Of a stretch of 64,000 bases of DNA, positions 11,233-18,964 are shown piece after piece; within the stretch, counting starts at the first letter, position 1, and every line of letters starts with the position of its first letter. The position numbers were made by a program, and so were the translations under genes. This DNA comes from Clostridia bacterium. Its GTDB lineage: Bacteria > Bacillota > Clostridia > UBA1212 > UBA1255. The notes under the pieces are model-generated. The model saw nothing but the letters and a program-made list of their open reading frames with translations, searched no databases and had not been told where the DNA came from. The DNA lies in assembly GCA_016287565.1 (NCBI GenBank), contig JAEFAM010000001.1, forward strand, positions 73,344 through 137,343, given 5' to 3'.

Positions 11233-11349
11233 TTACCTTTTTACCTCGCTGGTGTTTTTATCGTTTGCGTCGATCACGTCGATCGCGTCGTTTTTTCCGG
11301 TTGCGCCGGTCCCAACGCCTGCGCCGGTCGTGTCGTTTGCTTCTGTCAA
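11233..11349 (-). CDS. Candidate 38-aa acidic peptide (L/M)TEANDTTGAGVGTGATGKNDAIDVIDANDKNTSEVKR, a putative substrate or precursor
   Basis: The reading frame lies between the kinase stop and the PqqD start. A TTG start overlaps the kinase stop as TTGA, and the peptide's stop sits 2 nt before the PqqD ATG. The longer 66-aa ORF in the track overlaps the kinase 3' end and is less likely. Confidence 0.25.
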   Translation of the reverse strand: MTEANDTTGAGVGTGATGKNDAIDVIDANDKNTSEVKR

Positions 11350-12194
11350 GTCGTCAGGGCGGCCTGCGTCTCCTCGTCTTTGCGGCTCATGCCTTCGAAA
11401 GAGACCCGCGCGGCGTCCGGCTCCATGTTGCATTTCAGGTCGTAGAAACGGAGAGAGCGGGTCATCGTTTTTACCATATCCAGGATCAGGCCCATGGAGG
11501 CGGTGTCGTCGGAGAGGTAGACCTGCTTCATTAGTTTCATGAACGCGTCGGGCGCGGAAACGGGGGACACCGAATTGACCTCGCTCCTGCTCAAAAACGC
11601 GACGGCGTCAAGGGGCGCGGACACGTTGGCGCCCAGGCGGTGCTTGCCGTTCCATGGCGTGCCGCAGACCGTGATCCGGACCGGACCGTCGTTGCCGTCA
11701 ACGTTGTTGCCGGTGCCGCGATCGCCTTCGCGCTTGCCGTCGCCGTTGCCCGGAGCGTCCTTGGGAAGCTCCTTTTCGAACCTCAGCAGCGGCTTGTCGT
11801 CGTCGATCATCGTCACCCTGTTGCCGTAAACCTCGCGCCACAGCCTGGCGTGTGTGCTTTTTCCCGTGCCCGAAGGCGCCGTGAAAATATATCCGCGGCC
11901 GTCCATCGCCAGCGACGAGCCGTGCATCAGCAGCACGCCGTGTTTCAGCAGTTTTTCTGCCAGAATGGCGTGGATGGCGCAATTTTCCACAAACGCACCG
12001 GGATAAGCGGCCCGGACAATTCCTTCCGCTTCGTCGGTGGCGCGGATCCTCTCGAGAGCGCGGACCATGTCCTCCTCCGACGGGTCAACCACGAACGCGG
12101 GTTCAAGGTCGGTTTGATAGCCGTCAAAAAACCGCTGGTTCGACCTATATCTGCTTACGATCTCCGCCGGTACTCCGGCCAGCAAAATCCTCAT
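11346..12194 (-). CDS. HPr kinase/phosphorylase-related kinase (HprK C-terminal-domain-like, P-loop)
   Basis: It carries HGSSLAMDGRGYIFTAPSGTGKSTHARLW, an HprK_C-like Walker A region. A GGAGGTG ribosome-binding site lies 5 nt upstream of the ATG at 12194. The ORF track begins the gene at a GTG at 12200. Confidence 0.7.
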   Translation of the reverse strand: MRILLAGVPAEIVSRYRSNQRFFDGYQTDLEPAFVVDPSEEDMVRALERIRATDEAEGIVRAAYPGAFVENCAIHAILAEKLLKHGVLLMHGSSLAMDGRGYIFTAPSGTGKSTHARLWREVYGNRVTMIDDDKPLLRFEKELPKDAPGNGDGKREGDRGTGNNVDGNDGPVRITVCGTPWNGKHRLGANVSAPLDAVAFLSRSEVNSVSPVSAPDAFMKLMKQVYLSDDTASMGLILDMVKTMTRSLRFYDLKCNMEPDAARVSFEGMSRKDEETQAALTT

Positions 12195-12230
12195 CCGCAC
12201 CTCCGCGAGGTCAATCGCCTTCGCCTGCTA

Positions 12231-12259
12231 ATTATATCCTCCGGGGCCGGCGAACGCAA
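12231..12259 (-). promoter_or_regulatory. Putative promoter of the kinase–peptide–PqqD–peptidase operon (TTGCGT – 17 nt – TATAAT). The -35 hexamer lies inside a REP copy.
   Basis: On the minus strand a TATAAT -10 lies about 37 nt upstream of the kinase ATG, and the -35-like hexamer is supplied by the REP core. Confidence 0.3.
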
Positions 12260-12348
12260 GTCTGTCCCCCGTTCGCGCGTTCGGCGCCGGACGCTTGAAA
12301 CGCGAACCTGTCCCCCGTTCGGCGTGTCCCCCGTTCGGCGTGGGGGGA
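12251..12348. repeat. REP-like repeats (inverse orientation, AACGCAAGTCTGTCCCCCGTTCG, 3 copies). Positions 12251-12324 form the first copy of a roughly 72-bp direct repeat.
   Basis: The sequence was read directly. The block is near-identical to 12861-12932. Confidence 0.8.
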
Positions 12349-12447
12349 AGCCCAGGTTGCCTGGCTCCTCGGGCACAGATGAATAAGGTAAGACGCGGAA
12401 CGCAACCAAATGTTGACGCTGCGCTGTCTTGAAACGCTTGATAGGAG

Positions 12448-12493
12448 AAAAACACCCGGAAAACGAGCGCTTTAGTAAAATTCTGGGTGTTTT
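12448..12493. other. Inverted repeat AAAAACACCC ... GGGTGTTTT (stem-loop 1)
   Basis: A 9-bp stem with a loop of about 27 nt. A second, similar copy lies at 12616-12658. Confidence 0.4.
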
Positions 12494-12615
12494 GAGGAAG
12501 GCTGCGCCGTCTCGAAACGCCACACAAACGACAATCTTACAATAATTGCTTTTTTACAGCACATAATTTGCATTTTGACAAATGTCTTGCTGCCAGGGGG
12601 TTGAAAATGAGCGAG

Positions 12616-12658
12616 AAACACCCAAAAATTGAGGTTTTGTTGTGAATTATGGGTGTTT
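12616..12658. other. Inverted repeat AAACACCCA ... TGGGTGTTT (stem-loop 2)
   Basis: It is paralogous to 12448-12493 and is followed by AAGGAAG. Confidence 0.4.
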
Positions 12659-12825
12659 TAAGGAAGCGAGAACTACCTCAACGCCCAAAACGAGCGAGAG
12701 ATATGCGCAAATTGCTTTTTCGAGATAAATTTTCTGCGTTTTAAAGAAAAGCGCCACCCCAAGGCTGTAAGAGGTACCGCCTAAGTCCAAAAAGCGCGGA
12801 ACGAGAACAAAGGGCAGGGACGAAA

Positions 12826-12935
12826 AACGAGAACCTGTCCCCCGTTCGGCGTGGAGAGAGAAACGCAAGTCTGTCCCCCGTTCGCGCGTTCGGTGCCGGA
12901 CGCTTGAAACGAGAACCTGTCCCCCGTTCGGCCGC
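12826..12935. repeat. REP-like repeats (inverse orientation, 3 copies). Positions 12861-12932 form the second copy of the roughly 72-bp direct repeat.
   Basis: The sequence was read directly. Confidence 0.8.
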
Positions 12936-13043
12936 ATCCGTGCCCCGGCGGTCCTTGCCTCCTTCTTTCTCGCCTTGCCCGTTGATTTCCGCTACAGGAA
13001 AAAGATATAATTGACGCGGGAAACAAAAAAGGGGTGACTCGCC

Positions 13044-14267
13044 ATGAACGGGAAAGACAGGCAGATCGTAAGGGAACTTGCCAAACGGTATATGGAATTG
13101 ACCTGCTCGGAAAGGCAGCGGAAAATGGTGAAGCGGATGAGGGACAACAACGATCTTGTCCCGGGAAGGCCGCCGGTGCTGATCGACGAGATCCCGTGGT
13201 ACCAGATGGATATCGACGGCGAACTGATGCTCCGCTGCGAAGACCCGCGGGTCCGGGGCGTGGAGGATCACTTCCGCAAGGCGCTTTTCTATTTCAAGCA
13301 TTTCCCCGGGATCGACAATCTGTACGAGCCGTTTCTAAGGGTGCAGCAGGCGTTGTCCGTGACAGAGAAGGGCATCGGCTTGCCGTCGTACAATATCAGG
13401 CGCACCGACGGACAGAACAATATCATATCGCGGGAGCTGGAGGATCAGTTGGAGGACGAATCCGTGCTGGAGAAGTTCAAGCTGCCGGAAATGACGCCCC
13501 ATCCGGAGATCGACGCGGATAACATAGAATTCCTGACCGACCTGCTGGGCGACGTGATGCCCCTCAGGTTCTTCGGCTATGGTCCCTACTATTTAAATGC
13601 CTGGGACTACATCGCATACGTCCGCGGCGTGGAAGCCATCTACATCGACCTCTACGACCGCCCGGAATACCTGCTGGCCATCGTGCAGAAGCTGGTAGAC
13701 TACGCCAACAAATATCTCGACTATATCGAAGCGAATTTGAAGCCCGACAAGGACGTGGCCTGGCTCCACTGCACGCCCGGCTACATTTCCGGCATGGAAG
13801 ACGGTTTGAAAGGAGTCTGGTTCCGGGACAACGCCCAGCCTCTGGGCAGCATCTCGCCGGCAATGTTCGGCGAATTCGCCATCGACCCGGTGATCGAGCT
13901 GTCGAAGCGGTTCAAATATACGTATTACGGCTGTTGCGAGCCCCTCGACGACAAGATCGAGCAGGTCAAGAAGATCCCGAACCTGCGAAAAGTTGGTTGT
14001 CCCCCCTGGGCAAGCGTGGAAGCCACCGCCGAACAGCTGGGGGGCAATTACGTTCTGTCCCGGAAGCCCAATCCGGCGAAAGTTGCCATCTCCACCGATC
14101 CCGAGGAGATCCGCCGGGAGACAGAGGAGACGGTCAAGGCGTGCCTGAAGCACGGCTGCCCCTACGAACTGGTGCTGAAGGACATCAGCACGGTGAACGG
14201 CTGGCCGGGCAACCTTATCGTCTGGGCCGAGACGGTCAGCGGCGTGCTGAACGGATATTATGATTGA
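13044..14267 (+). CDS. Uroporphyrinogen-decarboxylase (URO-D/MtaA)-family-like protein
   Basis: A 407-aa protein. Its length and scattered motifs resemble the URO-D-like proteins common in gut Clostridia. An AAAGGGGTG ribosome-binding site precedes the start. The function is uncertain. Confidence 0.4.
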   Translation: MNGKDRQIVRELAKRYMELTCSERQRKMVKRMRDNNDLVPGRPPVLIDEIPWYQMDIDGELMLRCEDPRVRGVEDHFRKALFYFKHFPGIDNLYEPFLRVQQALSVTEKGIGLPSYNIRRTDGQNNIISRELEDQLEDESVLEKFKLPEMTPHPEIDADNIEFLTDLLGDVMPLRFFGYGPYYLNAWDYIAYVRGVEAIYIDLYDRPEYLLAIVQKLVDYANKYLDYIEANLKPDKDVAWLHCTPGYISGMEDGLKGVWFRDNAQPLGSISPAMFGEFAIDPVIELSKRFKYTYYGCCEPLDDKIEQVKKIPNLRKVGCPPWASVEATAEQLGGNYVLSRKPNPAKVAISTDPEEIRRETEETVKACLKHGCPYELVLKDISTVNGWPGNLIVWAETVSGVLNGYYD

Positions 14268-14290
14268 CCGGTCGACCGCGCCCGGCGCTT

Positions 14291-14334
14291 TTGCGGACTT
14301 GCGTTCGAACGCGTGACAGACTTGCGTTTCGGCC
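14291..14334. repeat. REP-like repeat (GTGACAGACTTGCGTTTCGG plus a partial copy)
   Basis: The sequence was read directly. Confidence 0.7.
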
Positions 14335-14364
14335 TGATTTGGGCTATTATATTGACGTTGGAGG

Positions 14365-15120
14365 ATGAGCATTATGAGTGAAATGCTGCTTGACAGATAC
14401 CATCGCGCGATAGACGATCTTTTCCGCAAAGTCAGGGAAACTCAGCGGGAAAACATAATAAAGGCAGGGGAGCTCGTGGCCGACAGCGTTGCCAATGGCG
14501 GATGCATTTTCCTGTCGGGCATATGCCACCATATGGAGATGGATTCCATTTACCGCGGCGGCGGCCCCATTTTCTACAAGCATTTCAGCTACGATCTGAA
14601 AGTCGAAAGCGCTGCCAGGCAGAGGGACAGGTCGGATCTGGGATACGAGCGCGAAAGCGCCGCGGCGGCGAAATACGCATTGACCCAGTCGAACGTGCGG
14701 CCCGGAGACGTGCTGTTCGTCAGTTCGGTATCGGGCAGGACGGTAAGAGTCGTCGACCTGGCGTACGAGGCGGAGAAGCTGGGCGTCAAGGTCATAGCCT
14801 TCACGTCAATGGAGTACGCCAGAGAAGTTGAGCCGGTGCATCCCTCCGGCAAAAAGCTGTACGAGATCGCCACGCTAACCATGGACAACTGCGCTCCGGC
14901 GGCCGAGGCAATGCTGGAGGTCGATGGCATCGAGGCCAAATTCGGCGCCGCATCCGGCATCGCGTCGGACTACATAATGTGGAGCATAACCTCCGTTGCC
15001 GTGGAAAAGCTCCTGGAAAAAGGACTCACGCCCGGGATCCTGAAGAGCGCCAACTTCCCGGGGGGCAACGACTACAACAAGACCGTGATCGAGCCTCATT
15101 ACGAACAATACGGCTGGTAA
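14365..15120 (+). CDS. SIS (sugar isomerase) domain protein
   Basis: The SIS-like segments NGGCIFLSG and VLFVSSVSGRTVRVVDLAYEAEKLGVKVIAF are present. A GGAGGATG ribosome-binding site precedes the start. Confidence 0.5.
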   Translation: MSIMSEMLLDRYHRAIDDLFRKVRETQRENIIKAGELVADSVANGGCIFLSGICHHMEMDSIYRGGGPIFYKHFSYDLKVESAARQRDRSDLGYERESAAAAKYALTQSNVRPGDVLFVSSVSGRTVRVVDLAYEAEKLGVKVIAFTSMEYAREVEPVHPSGKKLYEIATLTMDNCAPAAEAMLEVDGIEAKFGAASGIASDYIMWSITSVAVEKLLEKGLTPGILKSANFPGGNDYNKTVIEPHYEQYGW

Positions 15121-15142
15121 GGCGGGGCGGCTGGCTGCGGAT

Positions 15143-15868
15143 ATGACCGGGTACGTTTTTCTGGAAAAAGAAAAGGCGGAGAAAGTCCTGAAAGAAGGGC
15201 TGGCGCCTGAGCGCGACGGGATCCGCGGGATCGGTTTCCCTTCGGTCAAAGGCCCGTATATCGCAGCTTTTTTCCATCCGGCCGAAAACTACGCCCCGGC
15301 GGAGGACGGTACCGTGTGCCTGAGGGCGGAGATCCCCGTGAGAGAAGCTTTCGTTGCCGACGCGGCCCGGGTGCCGGACAAGATAGCCGGCACGCTGCTG
15401 CCCCTGGCGGAGTACAAACTGGGCACTTACAGAAGGCCCTTTATAGTGATTCCCGGCGGTCTGGCGGCAGACTGCTTCAGCAAACGCGACAACGACCTTG
15501 ACGCGCCGCTGCTTTACGAAAACTCCGAAAAACTGTATATCGACAGGAGCTTCGCCCTGGCGGAGGAGAGCGACCCGGGGTTTCGGGAGAGGGCGCTCAA
15601 GGCTTATTACGAGTCACTGGTGGATTCGGGCCGCGCCGTGAAGCGCTCCGGGGAGGCAAGGGACGTTAAGGAGGATCTCCTGACCGGGGAACCGGCTAAA
15701 AAGAAGGAACGGGGCGGGCTGTTCAGGTTTTTCTCCAAAGGAAACGGCCCCGAAACGGTACGCATAATCGAAGAGATCGACGAATATTCGGCGCCCGACG
15801 GAACGGTCATCGGGATCAGCATAGGAAAAGAACAGGTGCCGATGGACGGCATTGACAGAAAACGCTAA
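15143..15868 (+). CDS. Hypothetical protein
   Basis: A 241-aa ORF in the coding direction of its neighbours. No domain was recognised, and the start is uncertain. Confidence 0.35.
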   Translation: MTGYVFLEKEKAEKVLKEGLAPERDGIRGIGFPSVKGPYIAAFFHPAENYAPAEDGTVCLRAEIPVREAFVADAARVPDKIAGTLLPLAEYKLGTYRRPFIVIPGGLAADCFSKRDNDLDAPLLYENSEKLYIDRSFALAEESDPGFRERALKAYYESLVDSGRAVKRSGEARDVKEDLLTGEPAKKKERGGLFRFFSKGNGPETVRIIEEIDEYSAPDGTVIGISIGKEQVPMDGIDRKR

Positions 15869-15873
15869 AAAGG

Positions 15874-16440
15874 ATGATCATTTTGGACAATTCCAGCGAA
15901 AAGAACGACAGATTCGAACCCAGAAACGGCAGCCGCGCGGAAAACGGAGGCAGCCAGGCCGGCGGCCAGGGAGGCGGCAGCGGCAATCAGGGCGGGAACC
16001 CCAACGGAAACCCCAACGGCGGAAACGGCCAGGGAGGCAGCCAGGGAAACGGCAACCGCCATCACAACCGCTTCCACAACCCTGGCGGCGGCAACAACTA
16101 CGGCCGCGGGCCGGTGCGCCGCAACAACCAGGGCGGCCAGGAGCAGGGCCAGAACCGGGGCAAGAACCAGTTCCAAAGGGGCCCGAACCCCAATCAGGGC
16201 CCGAACCAGAGCCCGGCGCCCTACGACGCCAGCGTAAAGAACGCGCGCAAAAACGACCGGTTCGACAAATACGACCGCAGCGCCAGAGCGATACGCGAAA
16301 ACGTTGACAACATCACCAGGAGGCCCCAGCGAGGCGCCAAGGAAGAGACCGTCGACGACATCCGGAAAGACATTGCCGCCATCGAAAAAGAGATAGCGCT
16401 GGAGATCTCCGACATTTCCGTAATGAAACTGAACGTGTGA
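15874..16440 (+). CDS. Hypothetical protein with a long G/N/Q-rich low-complexity (prion-like) region and a C-terminal helical segment
   Basis: An AAAGGA ribosome-binding site and an ATG start are present. The composition was read directly (GGNGQGGSQGNGNRHHNRFHNPGGGNNYGRG...NQGPNQSP). Confidence 0.45.
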   Translation: MIILDNSSEKNDRFEPRNGSRAENGGSQAGGQGGGSGNQGGNPNGNPNGGNGQGGSQGNGNRHHNRFHNPGGGNNYGRGPVRRNNQGGQEQGQNRGKNQFQRGPNPNQGPNQSPAPYDASVKNARKNDRFDKYDRSARAIRENVDNITRRPQRGAKEETVDDIRKDIAAIEKEIALEISDISVMKLNV

Positions 16441-16444
16441 TCAT

Positions 16445-17440
16445 ATGAAATACGTCCGCGTCAACGAAAATCTGCCGCCCTTGTCCTGCGCGGCCCTGGG
16501 CACCGACTACTACGGCAAGACCATCCCGGAATCGGACGCCCGCAGGCTGCTCTGCAGGTACCTCGAACTGGGCGGCAACGTGGTGGATACGGCTCATGTC
16601 TATTCCGACTACCTTCCCGGCGAAAAGCATATGAGCGAGAAGGTCATCGGCCGCTGGATGAAATATTACGGCACCAGGGAGAATATCGTCCTTTCGACGA
16701 AGGGCGGCTTCCCGGTGGTGGGAGACATGCACGCCTCCCGCATCGACCGGGTCAATTTATTTTCCGACGCGGATGAGAGCCTCGACTGCCTCCGCACCGA
16801 CCGGGTGGATATCTACTGGCTGCACCGGGACGATCCCCGGGTACCGGTTTCCGAGATCGCCGGCTGGATGGACGAGCTTTACAGGAAGGGATATTTTACC
16901 TGCTGGGGCGTTTCCAACTGGAAGCACGGCAGGATAGAAGAGATCGTAAAATATTGCCGCGAAAAAGGCCTCCGGGCGCCGGTATGCTCCCAGATCAAAT
17001 GGAGCCTTGCCCTGCCCAATCCCGGAAGCGCCGGTGACGATACGCTGGCGGAGATGGACGAGGAAGAGCACGGCTGGTATCTCCAAAGCAGGATGCCCGT
17101 GTTCGCATATTCTTCCCAGGCGAAAGGCTTTTTCTGGAAACTGCGCAGCTCGGAAAACAGGGGCGGCGTGTCCGATCCGGGCGGGAAAGCCGGGAAAAGA
17201 TATTACAACGGAGAAAATATAGTGCGATACAGGATGCTGGAGGAATTGTCCGCCGAAACGGGGTTGAGCCCGGGGCAATTGTCCATCGCCTGGATGACGA
17301 GGCCGGGGACGATCCCCACGGTGCCCATAATTGGGGCAAGGACTGTCAGCCAGCTGGAAGACAGCATGGCAGGGGCCGCGGCCGTTATACCGGATGAGAT
17401 CGCAGAAAAGAACGGCCTATTCAGGAGGGACCGCTTATGA
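16445..17440 (+). CDS. Aldo/keto reductase family oxidoreductase
   Basis: It carries the AKR signature regions (GTDYYG...DTAHVYS...KGG...IYWLHRDD...WGVSNW). Confidence 0.8.
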   Translation: MKYVRVNENLPPLSCAALGTDYYGKTIPESDARRLLCRYLELGGNVVDTAHVYSDYLPGEKHMSEKVIGRWMKYYGTRENIVLSTKGGFPVVGDMHASRIDRVNLFSDADESLDCLRTDRVDIYWLHRDDPRVPVSEIAGWMDELYRKGYFTCWGVSNWKHGRIEEIVKYCREKGLRAPVCSQIKWSLALPNPGSAGDDTLAEMDEEEHGWYLQSRMPVFAYSSQAKGFFWKLRSSENRGGVSDPGGKAGKRYYNGENIVRYRMLEELSAETGLSPGQLSIAWMTRPGTIPTVPIIGARTVSQLEDSMAGAAAVIPDEIAEKNGLFRRDRL

Positions 17441-17772
17441 AACTGATCATAGCAATAGTACACGACGACGATTCCGCGATCCTTATGGACGCGCTCAGCG
17501 AAGAAGGGTACGGCGTCACCAAGATGTGCTCCAGCGGCGGATTTCTGCGTTCGGGCAACACCACGCTTCTGTGCGGCGTTGACGAGGACCGGCTGGAAGG
17601 GGCGCTGAAGATCATCGAAGCCAAGTCCAGCGGGCGCAAGCAGATCGTCAATCCCGCGGCGATCCATTACTCGGCAGGCGTCCAGGGCGGCATGCCCTCG
17701 TACCCCATGGAGATCACCGTGGGAGGGGCAACGGTCTTCGTGATCGAAGTGGACAGATTCGTCAAATATTGA
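17437..17772 (+). CDS. darA: PII-like cyclic-di-AMP receptor DarA (YaaQ family)
   Basis: A 111-aa protein opening MKLIIAIVHDDD. It sits immediately upstream of holB and ricT, matching the conserved synteny, and its ATG overlaps the upstream gene's stop as ATGA. Confidence 0.7.
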   Translation: MKLIIAIVHDDDSAILMDALSEEGYGVTKMCSSGGFLRSGNTTLLCGVDEDRLEGALKIIEAKSSGRKQIVNPAAIHYSAGVQGGMPSYPMEITVGGATVFVIEVDRFVKY

Positions 17773-17791
17773 GCCTGTAAATTTTAGCAAT

Positions 17792-17887
17792 ACCCGGGAA
17801 ATACCGGGCGCGGGCGCGTAATATTCCGTAATAACGCGTGATAATCCGTAATAACGTGAGATAACGCGCGGCCGCCGGGAAATAGGA
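17792..17887. promoter_or_regulatory. Tract with 10-bp periodicity (CCGKRAAT / CCGGGAAAT motif, about 9 units) upstream of holB
   Basis: The sequence was read directly (acccgggaaat accgggcgcg ... attccgtaat aacgcgtgat aatccgtaat aacgtgagat ... gccgggaaat). Confidence 0.45.
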
Positions 17888-17888
17888 T

Positions 17889-18926
17889 ATGTTTGAAAAA
17901 CTGCTTGGCCAGGAATTTGTAAAAAGGTCTCTTTCGGAAGCGGTCTCCACGGGCCGCATCGGTCACGCCTACGCTTTTTGCGGCCCAGATGGCATCGGAC
18001 GGAAAAGTTTTGCCAGGGAATTTGCGCTGCCTGCCATGTGTACGGAGATGGACGGCAGGACGGAGCCCTGCGGCCGGTGCGCCGCATGCAGATTGTCCGC
18101 CGCCGGGACAAACCCGGACCTGAGCGTGATCGCGGGAGACCCGGGCAGAGCCACCATCGGCGTGGAAACGGTGAGAGCGCTGGAAGAAGATATTGCCACG
18201 GCGCCCACGGTCTCGGCCAGGAAGGTGTATATAATCGACCGCAGCGAAAAATTGACGGTGCAGGCCCAGAACGCGCTCCTGAAGACCATCGAAGAGCCGC
18301 CGGAATACGTGATGCTGATACTGATCTGCTCGAATCCGGCGCTGCTTATCGACACGGTGCGGTCGAGGATCACGCGGCTGGACTTCGCCAGGAACAGCCC
18401 GGAGGAAGTGTTGACCGCGTACCGCGCGGGCAGGGGGGACAAGGGCGAATTGTCCCGGGATGACGAGCGGTTCGTGGTATCCTACGCGGACGGGATCATC
18501 GGCAGGGCGCTTCAATTGAACGATTTCGGGCTTTTCGGGCGCCTTCGGGAGGAACTTCTGGACGCGCTTTCTGCCCTGGAGGGAAGAGCCAGCGTTTTTC
18601 GCAGAAGGTTTACGGAGCTTTTTACGGCAAAGGAAAACGCGGACCAGAAAGAGTTTCTGTTCTTCGAATTGACGTCGTTTTTGAGAGATCTGATGCTTTC
18701 GGCCCGGTTCGGAGCAGGGGCGCCATTGCAAAACGAGCAGTTTCGGGATAAAATAGAAGAGCTTTCGGCGTTGACCGGCTGCCACGGCTGGGAAAAGATG
18801 CTGGACAAGACGGCGGAAGCATATAAATTGATGGGACAGAACGTTAATTTCAGGATGATGATCGCGAATCTGGCCGCGGATCTCATCGAAACGGTAAAAA
18901 AGGACGATAAAAGTCCGGCGCGTTGA
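17889..18926 (+). CDS. holB: DNA polymerase III subunit delta'
   Basis: An AAA+ clamp-loader fold with the zinc module (CGRCAACRL), in the position expected from synteny. Confidence 0.85.
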   Translation: MFEKLLGQEFVKRSLSEAVSTGRIGHAYAFCGPDGIGRKSFAREFALPAMCTEMDGRTEPCGRCAACRLSAAGTNPDLSVIAGDPGRATIGVETVRALEEDIATAPTVSARKVYIIDRSEKLTVQAQNALLKTIEEPPEYVMLILICSNPALLIDTVRSRITRLDFARNSPEEVLTAYRAGRGDKGELSRDDERFVVSYADGIIGRALQLNDFGLFGRLREELLDALSALEGRASVFRRRFTELFTAKENADQKEFLFFELTSFLRDLMLSARFGAGAPLQNEQFRDKIEELSALTGCHGWEKMLDKTAEAYKLMGQNVNFRMMIANLAADLIETVKKDDKSPAR

Positions 18927-18964
18927 CACAGCGGCGCGGCCGGGCGGTCCGGCAGGAGAGAAAA

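Noticed and set aside
11233-11433. The 66-aa version of the small ORF, starting at the ATG at 11433
   Set aside because: Its first 29 codons lie inside the kinase coding region in another frame, and it has no ribosome-binding site. The shorter TTGA-coupled 38-aa version is more plausible, but still uncertain.
12191-13301. ORFs of 99-186 aa containing ...TGDRLAF..., ...RGTDLRF... and similar peptides
   Set aside because: They are translations running through REP repeat copies in an 840-bp non-coding region. The same peptide fragments recur wherever a REP occurs.
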